Sequence record: PP445227.1 | Origin: Escherichia phage EC.W1-9 | DNA: 40,616 bases | Strand: one strand, 5' to 3' | In this document: positions 37,096-40,616 of the stretch, in pieces | Layout of the letters: every line of letters begins with the position of its first letter | Position numbering within the stretch: the first letter of the stretch is position 1 | The notes under the pieces: generated by a model | Told to the model about the DNA's origin: nothing | Database searches by the model: none | Seen by the model: only the letters and a program-made list of their open reading frames with translations | Made by a program: the position numbers and the translations under genes

Positions 37096-38037
37096 TTACA
37101 TAGATGTTTCGTTTAATTCTTCCCGACGAACGCTGTAAACGTCGGTGGCTTTTGCCAGCAGTTCGTCATCATCTGAAAGTTTTTGTGCAATGTATTTGTA
37201 AGCCTTATCCAGTTCGGAGACAGTGCTGTAATTCATCGCTGCGCTGGTAAAGGCCATCAGCATTTCTTCTGGATCACGGCTGTCCGATTTACGCGTTTGC
37301 TCATCAGGCTTTTTCGCTGGTTTAGCGTTGATCAGACTGTTCATTCCCGCAGCAGTGGTCGTTTGCGGAGTAATGTCTCGCTCAACGCGCGGTGCCGTTT
37401 CCTGTAATTCGTCTGGGGTGTAGACGCCCATGATTACGTCAGGACAGTGCAGGCGAGACCAGCGTTTTGTCGCAAGGTATGCGAGTTGTTGTTTCGGATC
37501 ACTGGCCCAAAGTGTGGAGTTTCTTACCTGTGCTTGAGACAGCATTAACTCAAGCACTCGAGGTTGATCCTCGCCCTTCATGGTTGCCCATACGCGAACA
37601 CCGCAGCCTTCTTCGTCTTTTAGAGTCCAGCCTGGTGCGATATATGGATTGCCGTTTTTGGATGTTTTCTCAACAAACTTACCGATCACGCGTTCCCACG
37701 GCCCGAACCACTCGTAGTTGATGCGATCTTTTGTTGGCGACATCGTTGAGATAACTGCGTTTACTAATTGGGCTTCATAACCTAGCGTGCCGTTCACAAC
37801 ATGGGTTTTCTGAGCCACGGCAAACGGGTTCATTCCCCACTGCGCAGCCTGCATTGCCACGGCCATGCAATCAGCTGGTTTCCCGGCGAGGTGCGCCGGT
37901 ACCGTTACGCGGCTTTGCGCCATTACCTCGGCGAATTTCATCAGTTGGTTCAAGCCGTCTGGGCTGAAAATAGTTGCAGCAGTTCCAGCGATTGCTGTGT
38001 CTACTGGTGCGTTGATGTTTGCGATGTCGTTGCTCAT
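37096..38037 (-). CDS. recT: RecT-family single-strand annealing protein
   Basis: RecT-like length and sequence pattern; ATG at 38037 overlaps the upstream exonuclease stop (ATGA). Confidence 0.7.
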   Translation of the reverse strand: MSNDIANINAPVDTAIAGTAATIFSPDGLNQLMKFAEVMAQSRVTVPAHLAGKPADCMAVAMQAAQWGMNPFAVAQKTHVVNGTLGYEAQLVNAVISTMSPTKDRINYEWFGPWERVIGKFVEKTSKNGNPYIAPGWTLKDEEGCGVRVWATMKGEDQPRVLELMLSQAQVRNSTLWASDPKQQLAYLATKRWSRLHCPDVIMGVYTPDELQETAPRVERDITPQTTTAAGMNSLINAKPAKKPDEQTRKSDSRDPEEMLMAFTSAAMNYSTVSELDKAYKYIAQKLSDDDELLAKATDVYSVRREELNETSM

Positions 38038-38855
38038 ATGTACATATCCTGTTTGCGTGCCCACTCAGGGCGTTTAATGATTTCCACACCGCCCCATTCA
38101 TCATTGATGCGGCATTCGTGATAGGTATTCAGATCCCGGCGGAACAGAGCGTGCCCGGCATCGACATCCTGCGCATCCAGCTCGAACACGCGTACCGGAT
38201 ACCGACCACAATCAATGCTTTCGCTCACGGCAAGAAAGAAAAAACCATGCGGCTGACCAGTAACCCTCATTGCGCCTTCGCGGTACATTGCGTCCTGCAC
38301 GTGGTAGCGGAATTCCTCGATGTGGCGTGCAAAACGGTCCATATCTGCAACCTTTTTCACGTCGACGATCACGTTGTGCTCGTTCAGCCATTTGTCTGGA
38401 CGAATTCGGCACAACTCCCCCGTCTCTTCATCGTTCCAGTACATTGATGCTTCGCAGTAACCAGGTGCTTCCAGCATCCAGCGTGCCGCCGGGTGAGCCA
38501 TTGCGCTATCACGCATCAGCTCCAGTTTCCGCCACTGCTCGGCATCAAGTACCGTAATCCCCATATCCGCCACATCACGAAGAAATTCCTCTTCGTCAGC
38601 TTTACCTTGTTTCGTCCGACGATCGAATTTCGGTGAAACAATGAAGCGTTTGTCGAACTCTCCAGGCTCCAGAAGCAGACAGTGCAATGCGGTTCCCATA
38701 TCCAGTGCAGACTTTTTCTCTTCGTCTTCTGGTGCTGCCTGAACCCATTTAAGAAGCGCCGGATTCTTGGCAACCATGTCCAGTTGCGACTTACTCACGC
38801 CGTCACCGGCGTGGTAGTCTTCGTTGCTGATGTCGAAATAAATTCCCGGTTTCAT
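38034..38855 (-). CDS. RecE-like 5'-3' exonuclease (PD-(D/E)xK, exonuclease VIII C-terminal domain type)
   Basis: N-terminus GIYFDISNEDYHAGDGVSKSQLD and later D…E-x-K motifs resemble the RecE nuclease domain; paired with RecT. Confidence 0.65.
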   Translation of the reverse strand: MKPGIYFDISNEDYHAGDGVSKSQLDMVAKNPALLKWVQAAPEDEEKKSALDMGTALHCLLLEPGEFDKRFIVSPKFDRRTKQGKADEEEFLRDVADMGITVLDAEQWRKLELMRDSAMAHPAARWMLEAPGYCEASMYWNDEETGELCRIRPDKWLNEHNVIVDVKKVADMDRFARHIEEFRYHVQDAMYREGAMRVTGQPHGFFFLAVSESIDCGRYPVRVFELDAQDVDAGHALFRRDLNTYHECRINDEWGGVEIIKRPEWARKQDMYI

Positions 38856-39151
38856 GCCGCGTCCCTCTGTCCATCAAGCTGATCCGCCAGATCCCAGCGG
38901 GCGATAATTGCCATTGCCTCTCGCCGATAGGCATCCATCAGTTCTTCGAACTCAGGGCTGTCTTTAGCAGCCTCCAGTACTTCCTGGCGAACGCCTTTAA
39001 CTGTTACAACGTCGAAAGTTGATGCCAGTTGATGAAGCCGGATACTCTCAATCAGTTCAACTTGTCGGTCATATAGCTGTTCTGACAGACGGTAGTCCTT
39101 GTCGAATGCCAGCATGATTTTTTGAAGATTTTTCTGCTGATTAACGTTCAT
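38852..39151 (-). CDS. Hypothetical protein
   Basis: ATG at 39151 preceded by GGGAGGG; overlaps the RecE start (ATGA). Confidence 0.5.
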   Translation of the reverse strand: MNVNQQKNLQKIMLAFDKDYRLSEQLYDRQVELIESIRLHQLASTFDVVTVKGVRQEVLEAAKDSPEFEELMDAYRREAMAIIARWDLADQLDGQRDAA

Positions 39152-39153
39152 TA

Positions 39154-39306
39154 TCAGCCCTCCCATATCTCGTTATCGTTGGCCACATCGCGAGCTTCTT
39201 TGCTGACGAAAGCCCACTTAATGCCTTCCTGTAAGGTGCGGAACTTCCAGCTCATGAATCCGCATGCAGTAACGCAGTACCAACCGTTGATGATTTTCCA
39301 CTGCAT
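39154..39306 (-). CDS. Small Cys/Trp-rich protein (50 aa), first gene of the leftward operon; not in the ORF track
   Basis: Translation MQWKIINGWYCVTACGFMSWKFRTLQEGIKWAFVSKEARDVANDNEIWEG; SD GAGGTAA upstream; stop 2 nt before the next gene's SD-ATG. Confidence 0.45.
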   Translation of the reverse strand: MQWKIINGWYCVTACGFMSWKFRTLQEGIKWAFVSKEARDVANDNEIWEG

Positions 39307-39325
39307 AACTTGTTACCTCGGTCTG

Positions 39326-39340
39326 TTACCGTTGAGGTAA
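39326..39340. promoter_or_regulatory. Palindromic site TTACC-N5-GGTAA
   Basis: TTACCgttgaGGTAAT 20 bp upstream of the leftward operon's first gene; an extra TTACC half-site at 39313. Confidence 0.5.
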
Positions 39341-39387
39341 TAATTATGCGTATATGGTTTGATGTCAATAGATATGAGTTAAAAAAA

Positions 39388-39402
39388 TTACCCGTTAGGT
39401 AA
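39388..39402. promoter_or_regulatory. Palindromic site ATTACC-N5-GGTAAT (perfect)
   Basis: Second site in the same control region. Confidence 0.5.
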
Positions 39403-39414
39403 TCGAATAGGCAA

Positions 39415-39438
39415 TAAAAAAGCCGCCATAAGGCGGCT
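39415..39438 (-). terminator. Rho-independent terminator after the repressor-like gene
   Basis: On the minus strand GCCGCC-ttat-GGCGGC followed by TTTTTT. Confidence 0.65.
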
Positions 39439-39459
39439 TACTTACTGAAAAATATGGTT

Positions 39460-40044
39460 TTATTGTTTGTTTTTTTCGTTCTGGTTGATGACAAATTCAA
39501 TGTAACTTTCGATCTTTGCTTTCTCGGTTTCGGGTAACAATGCGTAGCGCGAGCGATCATAGTTGATGGTCGCAGGGTCGTGCGGGTGAATCAGTAATTC
39601 ATAGCCGTGACGCCCGAATGCGGATGCAACATTCTCCAGGGTGGAAATGGAAACGCTGACCTCATTGTTTAACAGGCGGCTGATTGTCACCTGGGCTACG
39701 CCGGATGCGCGGTGAAGTTTTCCCTGTGTTGAAAGGTCGCGGCTTTCGCTCATCCAGCGTTCCAGGTTGTGAGCCGCCAGCTGGCCAATGTCGCTTGGGC
39801 CGACAGGCTGAAAACCTTCCTGAGAAAGCGAGCGATCGATATCAAGCCAGTTACGGGGTTTATTGGCGGCAGCTTCAATTTTTCGCGCAACCTGATCGCC
39901 GATAACCTTCTTACCAAGAGCCCAGCGGTTTACCAGATTTGCCTGAGTTCCAAGTTTTTCAGCCATCCGCGTCTGAACACCATTGAATTCACGGTCGATC
40001 AAGTCGTTGAGATTTTGCCTGCGGACGTCCTGGATACTTTTCAT
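39460..40044 (-). CDS. Repressor-like DNA-binding protein with two HTH-like segments
   Basis: 194 aa; segments LGTQANLVNRWALGKKVIGDQVARKIE and SGVAQVTISRLLNNEVSVSISTLENVASAFG look like XRE-type HTH units; divergent from a Cro-like gene across a triple-site region; no S24 peptidase motif noticed. Confidence 0.5.
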   Translation of the reverse strand: MKSIQDVRRQNLNDLIDREFNGVQTRMAEKLGTQANLVNRWALGKKVIGDQVARKIEAAANKPRNWLDIDRSLSQEGFQPVGPSDIGQLAAHNLERWMSESRDLSTQGKLHRASGVAQVTISRLLNNEVSVSISTLENVASAFGRHGYELLIHPHDPATINYDRSRYALLPETEKAKIESYIEFVINQNEKNKQ

Positions 40045-40098
40045 TTTCTGGAAAATCGCCTCATATATGAATCAGTAGATGATTCAATTTAAAGCAAT

Positions 40099-40113
40099 AT
40101 TACCCAACAGGTA
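40099..40113. promoter_or_regulatory. Operator-like site 1 of the divergent control region (ATTACCcaacaGGTAAA)
   Basis: TTACC-N5-GGTAA between the repressor-like and Cro-like genes. Confidence 0.55.
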
Positions 40114-40115
40114 AA

Positions 40116-40130
40116 TGCACCTCATGGGTA
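40116..40130. promoter_or_regulatory. Operator-like site 2 (GCACCtcatgGGTAA, imperfect)
   Basis: Centre 17 bp from site 1. Confidence 0.35.
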
Positions 40131-40146
40131 ACTATCCTTGATTTTT

Positions 40147-40161
40147 GTTACCTTATGGGTG
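40147..40161. promoter_or_regulatory. Operator-like site 3 (TTACCttatgGGTGA, imperfect)
   Basis: Centre 31 bp from site 2; triplet arrangement. Confidence 0.45.
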
Positions 40162-40198
40162 AATATTTATTATCTGAAATAAATATCAGGCAATAGCT

Positions 40199-40429
40199 AT
40201 GAGCGATAACGGACATTTCGATTTCAAAAAGCACTGGCTTGCACTTACTCCGGATGAGCGTGAAGCCTTCGCACAGGAAGCCGGAACGACGAGTCACTAT
40301 ATCCAGACTCACTTAACAGGTAAGCGCAAAATGCCAGGTAAAGTATTGATGAATGGGCTTTTTAAAGCCTGTAAAACAAGACAATGGCTGCGCTCAAAAG
40401 CAGAACTGGCATACTTCTTCTACTCATGA
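40199..40429 (+). CDS. Cro-like small DNA-binding protein
   Basis: 76 aa, transcribed divergently from the repressor-like gene, followed by a terminator; possible HTH in FAQEAGTTSHYIQTHLTGKR. Confidence 0.45.
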   Translation: MSDNGHFDFKKHWLALTPDEREAFAQEAGTTSHYIQTHLTGKRKMPGKVLMNGLFKACKTRQWLRSKAELAYFFYS

Positions 40430-40461
40430 TATCCAGCTACAACCCTCTGTAGACCGCCACC

Positions 40462-40483
40462 CGGCGGTCTTTTCATATCTATT
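40462..40483 (+). terminator. Rho-independent terminator downstream of the Cro-like gene
   Basis: GACCGCC-accc-GGCGGTC followed by TTTT. Confidence 0.6.
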
Positions 40484-40484
40484 C

Positions 40485-40499
40485 GTACCTCAAAGGTAA
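40485..40499. promoter_or_regulatory. Palindromic site gTACC-N5-GGTAAT (imperfect)
   Basis: Directly after the terminator; AACCAAATATGGTT follows. Confidence 0.4.
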
Positions 40500-40579
40500 T
40501 AAAAAACCAAATATGGTTGATATTTTTTTTGTGTCAGCACAAAATGACCGTAATCCCAATACTAATAACAGGGCTTACC

Positions 40580-40616
40580 ATGGAAATCATTACACGTATT
40601 GATGCCGCAAAGCGCG
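40580..40616 (+). CDS. 5' end of a gene truncated by the window edge (MEIITRIDAAKR…)
   Basis: ATG at 40580; the frame runs off the window and is in phase with the partial ORF at nt 1-164 if the sequence is circular. Confidence 0.4.
   Translation, partial: MEIITRIDAAKR

Noticed and set aside
1-40616. CRISPR array or other large tandem repeat
   Set aside because: No regularly spaced direct repeats with unique spacers were seen; the only repeat array is the short iteron block at 441-615.

Overview
This window reads as an essentially complete temperate phage genome of about 40.6 kb (Enterobacteriaceae-like sequence), probably laid out as a circular permutation. It is a mosaic: a lambdoid early region (O-like initiator with internal iterons, lambda P-like helicase loader, nin-like hypothetical genes, RecE/RecT-like recombination operon, AlpA/Xis-like gene, MT-A70 methyltransferase, tyrosine integrase, divergent repressor-like and Cro-like genes) joined to a T7-like virion module (gp8-like portal, scaffold, capsid, gp11/gp12-like tail tube, gp14/15/16-like ejection proteins, gp17-like N-terminus on a beta-helix tailspike). 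Packaging uses small and large terminase subunits; lysis uses two holin-like proteins, a GH19 endolysin and nested spanins. A tRNA-Arg(UCU) sits on the minus strand. Two AT-rich accessory insertions interrupt the late operon: a single minus-strand membrane/coiled-coil gene between terminase and portal, and a roughly 4.4 kb island between the last ejection-protein gene and the tailspike carrying a secreted Cys-rich protein, a small secreted peptide, a membrane-protein operon, a Bro-N antirepressor and an overlapping two-gene cassette. The most striking non-coding signal is a 17-bp palindrome ATTACC-N5-GGTAAT found at about 15 intergenic junctions, including a triplet between the divergent repressor-like and Cro-like genes, often near a second motif TAT(A/G)TGGTTT. 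The tailspike reading frame breaks at a C6 homopolymer. All functional calls come from reading the translations and recalled family signatures; no database search was run.
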